64,000 nt of DNA from Nymphaea colorata. Taxonomy: Eukaryota. Position 1 is the first letter of the stretch. Each line of letters starts with the position of its first letter. Location: assembly GCF_008831285.2 (NCBI RefSeq), contig NC_045138.2, positions 23,498,001-23,562,000 of the forward strand. Direction: 5' to 3'. The notes under the pieces were generated by a model. It saw only the letters and a list, made by a program, of their open reading frames with translations, was not told where the DNA came from and did not search any database. The translations under genes were made by a program, and so were the position numbers. Of the stretch, positions 26,959 to 39,169 are shown in pieces.

Positions 26959-28179
26959 CGACGAAGACCGTGAATTCTCGACGGCCTGTTTGCTCGGAAA
27001 GTAATAGCACGCCTCTTCTTCCTCGCTTAGCTGGAAATCAGGAGGCTATAAGAAACTAAATGGGCTCCCTTTTGGCTCTTTTCCCTCTTTTTCTTCCCTT
27101 TTTCCCCTCCTGAAAAAGAAATCTTCTTTTCACACTAAAGGAACATCTGAAACCCTAAAAGAATCACGGAATTTCCACCTTTCTCTAACTGCATCTTCCA
27201 ACCGAAGTCCAAATCACTTTCCGGCCTCTTCTTTTCCTTGTTTTCTTTTCCTTCTTTAATGAGATTGTTCGACCGGCTCCACTGTGACGGGCGGGGAAGA
27301 CTGCCTCGAGCAAGATAAACACCGAAAGAAAGGAGAAGAGAAGGCCGTGTTTTCTCCTTTTCTTCCTTTTCCTAACTTTCTTCCTTTCTCTTTTGCCTTG
27401 GTCGATGGAGATGAGCAGTTGCAGATTTCAAAACCTTAAACCTTAATCGATGATGACGGAAGAATTATCAAATCTCACTTTCTCTCTTTCTTTCTGATCT
27501 CTACTTGTTTCCAGGAACGCGCTCCAGCAATCAAAGAAAGTCCCAAAAGCAGAAAAAGGAGGAACTTCTACCGGAAACTGTCCCTAATTCAATCATCACT
27601 CGTTTCCCTTTGTATTATCTCTCTTTCCCGTTCTTCTTTCCCGCTTCCTATACGAACCTATTACAGTATAGACCTTTACCAAAAGTCTTCAGAAAATCGG
27701 GATTTGAGAGGCTTCGGCCTTTCAGTAAAAAGAGAAATGTTTGACCAGCAAGCAATCAGCGAGTAAAGAAAGCACCAGAAATTCAACACCACCTAGAAGC
27801 GAGAGGGAAGAGGATCGGATGTAGGAACCGAAACAACACGAAGGGCCTTTCCCGGGGATCGAACAATCACCGGCCGATTCCTTCCCGATATCCGGCCAAG
27901 CCCCAATAACGCAATCGGAGGAGGAACAACTGGCGCAGGAATATGCTCAGAGCACGGAAACCCGAAGAGGAAGACCCTGCAGTTTACGGCTTCCTGTTTA
28001 CTCCTCCCAAATCCAGAAAGAAGCAACAAAGAAGGCGTAGGAGAGATGGCTTTAGATCTTCACTTCGCTTCTTCCTGCTACAGTACCCATGATTTCCTCC
28101 CATACATTTTTATCACATAAATAAAACAGACAGTCAGACAGGAAGAAAGAGAAGGAGAGAGAGAGAATACCGAAGAGGA

Positions 28180-28420
28180 GGAGGGAAGAGACGCCAAATT
28201 CTACGTGAAGCTTTGCCATTATTTATAAAAGTTATTGGCTGTCAAAGTGGGAGAGAGGGCCAGAGGCCAATGAGAACTCGCGCAGGCCGAGTTTCTTTAT
28301 TTTTTCACATGGGTTTCCTTCTTTTTCCGTGTCGAGTTCCGAATCCCACTAACGTGGTAATTAATTAATTCTTTAGGATGCTTTTATGTGTGTTTTCTTT
28401 AGGATACTGTCACGTGTTTC
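28180..28420 (-). promoter_or_regulatory. Putative core promoter of the bHLH gene
   Basis: On the minus strand TATAAAT at ~28220-28226 is followed by a CT-rich stretch. CCAAT lies at ~28267 and the G-box CACGTG at ~28410. Confidence 0.4.
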
Positions 28421-28585
28421 GAACTGGAGACAAGAAAAGGGGGGTGAAGCTGGATGTGAACGGTTCGAATCCATCTCCAATCCGATGGTCTAAGTTAATC
28501 TTCAATTTTTTCTTTTTTTTTTTTTAATTTACAACCCAAATTTTTATGCCATCTGCATCTCGAATTGGGTGAGGTCTTCTTTATA

Positions 28586-28945
28586 TAGGGATGTCAATGA
28601 ATCGGAATTATCCTTAACTGCATCTGCATCTGTTTGTTCAAATATTCATATCTTTTGATTCCAATATGAACAAAAACATGTCACCTTCTAATCTTAAACC
28701 CAAAATCTGATTTTACAATTCAAATTTGATCTTTAAATTCATATCAGAATACAAACGTCGAATATGGCTTACTTTCAAAATGTACGAGCATTGAATATAA
28801 GATATTTTTAAAACTAAATCCGATCCAAAATTAAATTCTGATCGGATGTCATTCTTAATCAGATATATATTTGTTTTTCATATCCGATTCTTGCGGAACC
28901 ATTCGCGTGGAAATCTGATCTAAATCAGATATATTGATATCTCTA
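28586..28945. mobile_element. hAT-like MITE (TAGGGATGTCAAT family)
   Basis: TIRs TAGGGATGTCAAT and ATTGATATCTCTA, flanked by TCTTTATA and CCTTTATC (degenerate 8-bp TSD). Confidence 0.75.
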
Positions 28946-29459
28946 CCTTTATCGGGTCCCAATTTGATACCAAACTTAAATTTGAATTTTGTTGCGGAAA
29001 AGAATAATGGATTCAAGTCAAATTAGTAATTGGATTCATGTTGCTTTACTGGATCTACTTAAATAGATATGAACATGGAGGGATAATGGAATGCAATCAA
29101 TCTGTTTACATCCCCGTGATAATTTTACTAGGCTCAGCTTTGGGTAGAAAATGGTCCATCTCCCATTAGAGGTTTCAGTAAGTGTTGTATTCATGTTCGT
29201 AAGTCGGGGTTGGAGGTTGGTGTGGGCCAAGTATGGACAATAATTGCATAGAGAAACTCGAAAAAAACTTCTTATTTTATGTTGATATTTGTGAGCAATT
29301 TTTTTCTCTTACATATTGGTGATTCTTAAAATTTTAAAATTTTATACTCAGTACCTCTTAAGTAGAATTTTTTTTTTTTTTTTTTGTGGTTCCGCCCAGT
29401 CCAAGGCTGACAAGAAAATATTGCATTACAGGAATAAACAATTCAGATTCCTTGGATCT

Positions 29460-29523
29460 GAACATATAGGTATTAGATTCTCATAGTTTTGGAACATATG
29501 GGTATTAGATTCTCATAGTTTGG
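29460..29523. repeat. 32-bp tandem duplication
   Basis: GAACATAT(A/G)GGTATTAGATTCTCATAGTTT occurs twice. Confidence 0.85.
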
Positions 29524-30157
29524 ACCTTTTTAGAAGTCTCGCAATCATAAGAAAAATTGTAGACGTGTGCTACTTTAGAGATTGTAGATCCAAAGATTGA
29601 AGACCACTCTTGTACATGTGCATGAAGAAGAGTGTGACCCACAAAAGTTTCCGAAGGCTTCCCTCTACCACAGTCGAGCAGTGGCAGACAAGGGATGATA
29701 GTTCTTGAGCACTTGTACAGTAAAGTTGGTATATTCCCTGCCCATCGCATGCATCTGCAATTCTTTTTCCCTTGAAATTGAAAAGCCTTACCTCCACAAT
29801 TCATTCATCCACTCACAATCTTCTCTCTTGGTTTGCCAATCAAATTCATCACTGCAAGACATAGCTTTCCAATTTATAGTTCAATGTACTGCAACCGTCT
29901 TATGTGGACCTAGATCATTGGCGGAGCTAGGATTTTTTTTATTAGAAATGGCTAATTGAAATGTATAGCTAGGTAACATTTCGAAATTCTTTGACAAGCA
30001 TCCATTACATTTTTCAAAATCTTTACAAGACCTTTGGAGGACACCTCTAAAACACTATTTGTTGCATGATTAGATGGCGCTGGAAGCAATGTTTTACAAA
30101 ACCCGGTTTCCATAAAATGATGTATGTTTTCTTTAGCTTATGAAAAACCATAAACCC

Positions 30158-33100
30158 TATTAAGGATAACTTCTAGCTAGCTAGAAGATTCAAATCACAT
30201 GACCGTGCCGTGAGTAAAAAGGAAGACATGCACGGTAAGAAAATCGACACCAAGATAGGAATGGAAGATAACACAAGCATCAAGGAAATCTGTACAACCT
30301 ATAAAGATAAAACCCAAGATAAACGTAGAAAGGATTTGTTACCTTGCATTGAGGAAAACGTCACTTGTGAGATATCTTTAAATATAAAACTAGTGGGAAC
30401 ATCTATTTGATTAAAAAACAAAGATAGAGAGACTGAATCGGGGAAGCAGACTTAAGTCGAACCACGTTAAATACTTGTGTTTATTTGTGTAAGCATGTGT
30501 CTCTTTTATGATATCAGAGCATTAAATCCTTCAACCGAAGGTTCCTTTCCTGATTGCTGGACAAGGGTGTCATCTCAAAACAGTGGACAGAATAACACAG
30601 AGACAGGTTCCAGTATCCTGCCCTTTTCAAGTCAGTTTTCTCCTGTAAAACCAGCTCCTACAAACCTACAGTTTTGTTTATCAATAAAAATAACTGAGGA
30701 CAACTACCTCTTCTGTCAGAGCCAATTTTTTGCCTCTGCTTAAGAGTTACAAAATATTAGGATTCGTTGACCCATCAAATTGGTGTCTTGCAGAGTGGAT
30801 TGAAAATCAGGACAAAACCATATCTAGAAATACTAAATATGATGAATGGCAATATTGTGATCAACTTTTATTAAGCTGGTTGATATCCTCGTTGATACCA
30901 TCGGTTCACAGCCATGTCATTGGTTATGGAACGTCATATAAGTTGTGGGTAGCGTTAAAGAAAATGTACGCTGCCCGATCTCATGCTCGTACTTGGCAAT
31001 GGAGAGGTCAGTTACAGAATTTAAGAAAAGGAAATGATACTATCTCTGATTATTTCTATAAGGTCAAAAACTTAGCTCACCAACCGGTGCCTGCCTTCAA
31101 ACCAATAGAAGAAGAAGAGCTCATCTCCTACACTCTATCTGGTCTTCCAACTCATGAGTATGGCCCTCTAAGGTTTGCTATCAATACTTGTGTGGAAGCA
31201 ATCTCTCTTGAAAATCTATTTGGAATGCTTTTCTCTCACGAAACACAGATTCAAACCGACACAATGGCATATCAAATTGCTGGCAATCTATCATTTAAAC
31301 CAAGTCAAAACCATACTATCGAGGAAATCAAAATGAAGGCAACCAAGGAGGGCGTGGCTATGGTCGGTCACAAAACATAAACACAAAGAATGTCATCTCT
31401 CATGCATGTGGTAATCAAAAGCACATTGCTACTAACTGCCGCACAACATGTCAGATATGTCACAAGCAGGGGCATGCCACATTAAAGTATAAATTATATG
31501 AATCCAATAAGTTTGATGCAAAATCGGTTCTAGAGGCTTATGTTGTAGTGTTAGACTCAAAAGATGGAGGATGGTATCCCGACTCCAGGACAACGCATCA
31601 CATCACCTCAAATAGCAACAGCATGACAAGTCCCAGTGCTTACTGTGGCAATGACCAAGTAAAATTAAGGAAGGGATCTAGCCTATAAATCAAGCGTATT
31701 GGAAACTCTATTATCAAATTCAATAATTCTGATTTTGTTCTGAAAAATGTGCTTATTGTTCTTAATATTACTATGATGTTGATGTCAGTCCATAAGTTCT
31801 CAAAGGACAATAATGTGCTTTTTGAGTTATATCTTAATGAATGTTATGTGAACGATATCAGCTGTCAACACCGGGCGAACACGCCTCACGGGCCTAAATG
31901 AGCAGGGACTTTACAAGCTAGGGACCGAAACTAAACATGGACAAAGGAAATCTGACACCTTAGCCCTTGTTGGTGAATGTGTGTCACTGGAGTCATGGCA
32001 TCAGAGGATGGGACACCCTTCTTTCAAAATAGTTCAGTATGTGATCAAGAAATATGCTTAACCATTTGATTTATTGATATGTGATATTAAAAAACCTTTA
32101 GACATGCTATTTTTTTATGTTTGGTGACCCGCCCCAGTTGCATCCATAAATGGGTACCACTATTATGTTGATTTTGTTGACGAACATGCCATCTTTACAT
32201 GGATTTTTATTCTTAAGCACAAATCTGAAGTATTGTTTGTCTTCCAAAATTTCAAACGCATGATTGAAAACAACTTAGGAACCAATCAAAGTTGTCCAAA
32301 CCAACTAGGGTGGAAAATATCTTTTCGAGTGATTGAATTGCTGGTTGGTTGTATTCTATTTTGCAAAAGAACTGAACGAATTTGAATGCCTATCGGAAGC
32401 CAAATTTGTTTCATAAGACTTATCAAAAGAAGCAATTGGATAAGAATCATACGCTGAATGAGAATATCGTTCCTTATCTACTTTTCTTAAGAAAAATGGA
32501 ATTGAGTACATACTTACATGTCCTCAAACATACGAACAGAATGGAAGAGTTGAGCGGCGCCATATGCATATTATAGAGACTGTACTTGCCTTCCTTGCTC
32601 ATGCAGGCCTCCCCTATAAATTTTAGGACTATGCCTTCTTGACTGCCACATATTTAATGAATCATATGCCATCGCCTGTAGTCAAAATGCAGTCTCCTTA
32701 CTCTCTTTTGTTCAAACAACAACTAGGTTATAAATTTCTTAAAATATTTGGTTGTGCATGTTATCCATACTTAAGGCCTTACAACTCTCACAAGATGGAA
32801 TTTTAGAGAAGGAAATGTTTTTTTCTTGGCTACGTGGATAGCATCATGGATATTTTTGCTATGATTTCAAGGCTATTAGAATGTTCATTAGTTGTCATGT
32901 TGTCTTTAGTGAAGTTTAATTCTCATTTAAAAGCTCTCCAAAACATGTTGATCCTACTCTTGAATGTCCCTTACCAGCATTAAGCTACCCATTATCTGTG
33001 CTCTTTAACTTACCCACTATTGCATGTGAACACCTATCCAGTGTTCCATTCACTTACCCAAATCTTCCTAAACCTGACCAGGTTATGCATACGTCTGTGT

Positions 33101-35109
33101 CCTCTCATGTCTCTCCTTCCTTGTCTACAACCACCCCATCGACCACCCTTTCTCCCCATTTGCCACCCCTTCCTTGCCTACACCCCGAAACATATCTCCA
33201 CCAATTGCACCCAACTTATCTTCTCAGGTTCACCAAATGCTTACCCAGTCCCAGACTGGCTCTTTAAAACCTCGGCTCTTTCTCTCTTCTGTCTCATCTT
33301 TTTCTAACTCTCCTAGTTCTAATTGGCGACAAGCTATGGCTGCAGAGTTCTCTGTTCTGTTGAAAAATCAGACATGGATACTTATTCCACCGTCACCAAC
33401 ATATAACCTTATAGGCAATAAATGGGTGTAAAAGATCAAACCTAAGCAGGATGGCTCCATTGACGGCTACAAGGCTCACCTTGTGTTGACCAATGCGGTC
33501 TCTTCTCGATGGCCTATTCACCAACTCGATGTGCATTACGCCTTTCTCAATAGTGTGCTTAGTGAGGATGTTTACATGAGTTAGCCCCAAGGCTTCCTTG
33601 ATGCTCAATATCCCCATCATGTATGCAAACTCATGACAGCTCTATGATTTTAAGCAGGCTCTGCAGACATGGTACCATCGCCTCAGCACCTTTCTTCTCA
33701 GCCTGAGCTTCTAGCCTTGATGCATCCCTATTCATGTGTTTTAACAAACATCATGTTATTTTCACACTCATTTATGTTGATGACATACTGGTAACTGGTA
33801 GCTCTCCTCCTAGAATTTGCCACCTCATTCAGCAGCTTGGACATGAATTCTCTCTCAAGGATGTTGGCCCGCTTCATTATTTCTTAGGCATTGAAGATTG
33901 TTCTACTCATGAGGGCTTTCACTTGCTTCCAAATTAATATGAGCTTGATCTTCTTCGTTGGGCATCTATGATGGATGCCAAGTCGGTCGCTACTCCATTG
34001 CCTGTGAACTTGAACCTGTCCAAATATGATGGGGATCATCTTCCTAATCCCACTGAATATCGTCAACTTTTTGGGGCACTTCAATATCTAACTATGATCT
34101 GACCGGACTTAATGTATATCATCATCAAAGTATGTCAATTTATGCAGGCGCCCACATCTTCCCACTAGGCAGCGGTCAAACGCATTTTGTGCTATGCTAA
34201 AGGTTCCATTGATTAAGTTATTCTTCTCCGTCCATTCACCTCTTTTCACCTCATGGGTTATATCGTGTGCAGACTGGACCAGCAATCCATTGATAGAAAA
34301 TCTACTAGCGGCTTTGCTATTTTTCTTGGGCATGCTCTTATTTCATGGTCTGCTAAGAAGCAGTCCACCATGGCTAGATCTAGTACAGAAGTTGAGTACC
34401 GAGCACTAGTTTCCACTGTTACTGAATTGATTTCCCTTGTTCACTTTATGCAAGAGCTTCGTTTGCCACTTCCTGGGCCACCTTAATTGCTTTGCTTTGT
34501 GGATGACAACCTCAGCACCACTTATTTAGCAGCTAATCTAGTGAATCACCAACAAATTAAACACATTGAAATCGACATTCACGTTGTTTGTGATCATGTT
34601 CAGCAAAGTTGCCTTCTTGTTCATTATGTTTGCTCAGAAGATCAACTTGCCGATATTATGACTAAAGCACTCTCTCATGCTAGGTTCCTTGATTCATGCA
34701 CCGAACTCAACTATCTCCCAAGACCGTTGAGTTTGCGAGGGGATATTACAGATAATGATTAGCCAGTTAAGGTGCATATCCAGCCCAACGAATTGCTATC
34801 TCAAGAAGATCTGAAGCACAACACCGTGAGTAAAAAGGAAGACATGCACGTCAAGAAAATTGACACCAAGATAAGATAACACAAGCATCAAGAAAATCTT
34901 ACAGCCTATAAAGATAAAATCCAAGATAAATGTTGAAAGGATTTGTTGCCTTGTATTGACAAAAACGTTACTTTGTGATGTATCTTTGAACATGAATAGT
35001 GGGAACCTCTATTTGTTTGAAAAATAGAGATGGAAAGACTGAACTGTGGAGATAGACTTAAGCCGAACCACGTTAAATACTTGTGTTTATTTTGCATGTG
35101 TCTTTTCTA
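30158..35109 (+). mobile_element. Ty1/Copia LTR retrotransposon, full-length but decayed; LTRs 30158-30508 and 34744-35109
   Basis: TSD AACCC (30153-30157, 35110-35114), PBS TGATATCAGAGC at 30509-30520 and PPT GCGAGGGGA. Coding remnants are gag (DQLLLSWL, QNLRKG), protease WYPDS, integrase (WHQRMGHP, EQNG), RT IYVDDILVTG and RNase H (ARSSTEVEYRA, KHIEIDIH). Confidence 0.93.
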
Positions 35110-35567
35110 AACCCCCACCCCTCCCCCACACTTCACATGTTTTTTAGGCCAAAACATCATTTTAATTTGGTAGTCACCCTCTGCAATTAAGAATATCAAC
35201 CTCTGTAGGTCATGTGCTCCAAATGCCGAACCCAACTAAAAAGATATGATGATGATGCCATATTCACCAGTAGATAATAAAGGTGCATCTCTAACTGTAT
35301 ATTTTGTGGAAGCATGGGTTGTTTCTGTTGATTAACCATGTAAAGTGTATCCACAGTATTGAAATGGCCTCTTCCTCATGTTGTCTTTGGTGTAGAAATT
35401 ACTATGTCTCATTGTTGTAATTTAATATCATTTTGGAGATCCTGTAACATTCCCTTTGATCGTGGAAGGCTTGTAATTTTGACACCTTGAGAAATACTAT
35501 CAAAGCTATTATTTGTAAGACCAAAGCTATTACTTTTTGCACTTTTTGTAGCAGGAAATCCTTTCTC

Positions 35568-35571
<4 letters not shown>

Positions 35572-35661
<90 letters not shown>
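35572..35661. repeat. (TA)n(CA)n compound microsatellite
   Basis: Direct reading of the sequence. Confidence 0.97.
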
Positions 35662-35720
35662 TAATTGTCAATAAGCATAATTATTGTTGTATTTCCACGG
35701 TCACATAAGTGCCATGGAAC

Positions 35721-38700
35721 CTATGTCACACGGATACGGGTACGGGTATCCTATGGATACGGGTACGGGGACACGGCATTTTCAAAATTTTAGGATACGC
35801 GGATACGGTGAATATTATATTCAAAAAAATTAAAAATGATAATAAAGAAAGTCTCAAACAAAATATTGTTCATCACCAATCTCAAAAGTGATAACTGCTA
35901 AGACATAAGCAAGAAAGTCTCAAAGAAAGTTACAAAACATTGTTCATCAATCATCACAAAACATTGTTCATCATCATTCTAGTCATCATCAATGCCCAAA
36001 TCATCGTTCTCCCCAATCTCCTCTTCTTCCACAATAGAAGATGTTGAGGGAATACAAGGTTCTTCGAATCTTGAATTAACAACTACAAGTTCATTCTCTT
36101 GTTCTAAGTTAAAGTCCTCAACATTCACGTCCCAATATTTAGTTTCTCCTTCCCTACAAGACAAAAAAATTGTAATTATTATGATGTTAGCGAATAAGAA
36201 GAGAAACATCTAAATCAATAAATCATATACTTAATTTACCTATATTATTCTTTGTTCCGTGATAGAAGCCGAAGGTTAGAATGCACATAAACCAGATTTT
36301 CTGCACGTTTGCTTGTGAGATTATTTCGTTTTATAGTGTGGATTTGTGAATATGTACTCCAATTTCTCTCACAGCATGAAGATGTAGCAGGTTGAACTAG
36401 CAATCTGAAAGCAAGGTATTGAAGAGTAGGATAAGCAGTTCCATGTTTAATCCACCAAGATAAAGATGGATAATTATCTTTGTCTACAGTTGCACCTACA
36501 TCTTCTCCAATTCCAGTAGAAAACCTTTCAAACTCATCATTAGCTCGGCGATTTTGATGTACATCAATGAAAATCCTATTAATACATGCTACTCTGTTTG
36601 TTGATAATTCTAGATCCAGATGTGGTGGGGTTCTTCCAACACCCCCTGTAAGCCACTTTTTTCCATAATATTTAGGATTTAATGTATGTGCCATGCATTG
36701 AAGAGGATTGCTACTTTTGTCCCATCTTGCAATCAATATTCTATGCACATGATCAAAAAATGCTGAATCTTCAAGTGCAATACTTTTTTTTTCATGCTTA
36801 AAAATAACCTCTTGGATTTTTTCAATCATAGTGTCCCACATCTCATACACACAGTGCAACGTTGAATTATCACAATCAAGAACTCTCAACATCTCCCAGA
36901 TCGGTTCTGTGAATGCAAGAAAATAAAAGATTTGATCCCACCACTTGTCTTCAAGAATCATTCCTTTGATTGCTTGAGCTTTGTCATCATCATCAGCACG
37001 GTAGAAACTCCAATCATCATCAGTCACCATACTGATCAATGCACTTTTCACCATTTTTATCCTTTTGACCATAACAATTAGAGATGCAAAACGTGTCTCT
37101 CTGCAACTCTTAATAATTTTAGATCAGAATGCTTGTTATAAATGGAAAGTGCATGTTGATGATTTACTATGAAATTTTTGATGTTCCTCACATCCTTTTC
37201 CAAGTCTTCAATCCACGAACATAATTCATAAGCATGAGAATCTTGCTCTTTACTTGGTGGATTGCATATACTCTTTAGAGCCAAATTTAACCTATGAACT
37301 GCACAAGAAGTCCAAAAGATATGAGGGTAGTACTCCTTTTCTATCGCAATACCAGCTGCTCTACATACAGGTGCATTGTCTGTAATTAGCTGAACAACGT
37401 TTTCTTTCCCCACTTCTTCAATTATTTCCATAAACAATCCTTTCAGATACTCAGCACTTTTGTATTCACCAGATGCATCTATTGCTTTCAAGAAAATTGG
37501 TCCATTTGCTGAAGTTGCAATGAAATTAATAAGAGGGCGTCGTTGCAAATCTGTCCAGCCATCAGAAACAATAGAAACTCCGTGTTGATCCCAAGTGAAC
37601 TTTTGAGACTCTAACAATTTGTTCACTCGAGTCATCTGTTGTTCTAGTAGTACAGTGCGAAGCCTTTCAGAACTAAGGGGAACATACCCAGTCAAGTTAG
37701 AATTTGCAATAGATTTAACTAAGTCTCTCCAATATGGACTTCTAGCTACATTAAATGGTATGCAATTAGCATAGAAAAATGTCGCCACTTTTAGATCTAA
37801 TTCTCACCGTCCTTGTAAACTAAATGAATCCTTAATTGATTTCTGATGAACATCAACAACTTTTCTTTTTTTGGTAGGATTCTGAATATCATCATGTAAA
37901 ATTGAAGCAATGTCAATGAAACCAGATCCAGATGATGTGCTTTTCTTATTCTCAAAGGCTTTTTGTTCTTTCTTCAACTGAGCCAAAGTCTCGTTAGTGA
38001 TTTTCTTACATGGTTGAATTCCTTTTTGACTGATTTTTAATAGATGTGCTTTCACTCTTGTATATGATCCATTGAACTGTCCCTCACAAAAATTACACCT
38101 AAAAAAAGCATTTCCACCGCCTCCAGGAGGTTTCCCCATTAGATTCACGTATGACCATAATGGTGGCTGAGGTGTAGCTGATCCAGAACCACAACTTGTA
38201 GGTTGAGAGTCTTGAGACTGAGACACTGTTTTTCCTTTGCTCGCCATACTAGATTAAACATAATAAAAAATGGAAAAAACGTATAATGAACATAAAATTT
38301 ATGAAATAAAACAATACAACAAACTGACAAAGTATAAACATGCACTGCAGTCACAAAACTTCAAAGATTCAGAAGCAGAACGAAGGCTGAATAGTGAACA
38401 GGAACATTCAAGAATGGTAAATGATAGTACTGCCAGATTGAATAGTGAACAGGAACAGAAGCAATTCGTTAAAGCCTAAAACTAAAAGAAACATGAACAA
38501 TAGCGAAGGCTGAAGTGAATAGTGAACAGTGAACAGGAACATTCACGAATGGTATATTATATGTTAATGCCATCTAGATATCACGTATTCATCATTGTCT
38601 AACATCATGAACAACAGCGAAGGCAAAATCCCCAAATAGGTTATACACCCAAAACGGCAAAATCCCCAAATCCCAAAATCAAACAAAAAAAAGAAAACAT

Positions 38701-39169
38701 CGCACATAGCATTGAAGAATATGATTCTAAACCGTCCAATCTTCAAACCAAAACATCCCCAAATCAGATTTTAATACCCAATGTAAAAAATCCACAAATA
38801 AAAGTTGAAACCCTAACTTCTATTATCGAAAATAATCGACAAAACACTTACCTGTCTGTCGCTGGCTGCCGCCGGACGCCACCGGAAGTCGCCGTCGATC
38901 GCCGGAGGTCGCCGTCGCCCGCCATTGCCTTACTGTGCTGCCAGCCTGCTACGGAAGCCGTCGAGGGTAAACGAAGGTCGAGCGTCGATCGCCAGAGGTC
39001 AGTGCGTAAAACAAAACGCGGGTTAAAAAGTCGGTTATACAAGTGGTTTGGATCGGGTCTGACCCAGACCCGATCCAAAACGTATCCAGCCGTATCGCCG
39101 TGTCGGGATCCCCGTGTCCACGTGTCGACACCGGTACTCGACCCAGTCTGCCGTATCCGTGTGACGTAG
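35721..39169 (-). mobile_element. hAT DNA transposon, full-length
   Basis: 19-bp TIRs CTA(T/C)GTCACACGGATACGG (18/19 match), perfect 8-bp TSD CATGGAAC (35713-35720, 39170-39177) and subterminal GGATAC/CCGT repeats. Confidence 0.95.
35979..38247 (-). pseudogene. hAT transposase (BED finger, DUF659-type core, C-terminal dimerisation domain), disrupted
   Basis: Motifs CNFC..RVKAHL, SIVSDGWTD, VVQLITDNA, CAVH and SSCCERNWS. Lesions are an in-frame TGA at 37804-37806, a 2-bp AG slip at ~37095 (VAETRFAS) and a TAA at 36245-36247. A short intron lies at ~36239-36155. Confidence 0.92.

Noticed and set aside
35402..35708. YIYIYI-repeat ORFs (also at 49125-49325 and 14857-15292)
   Set aside because: They are translations of (TA)n, (CA)n and (GA)n microsatellites.
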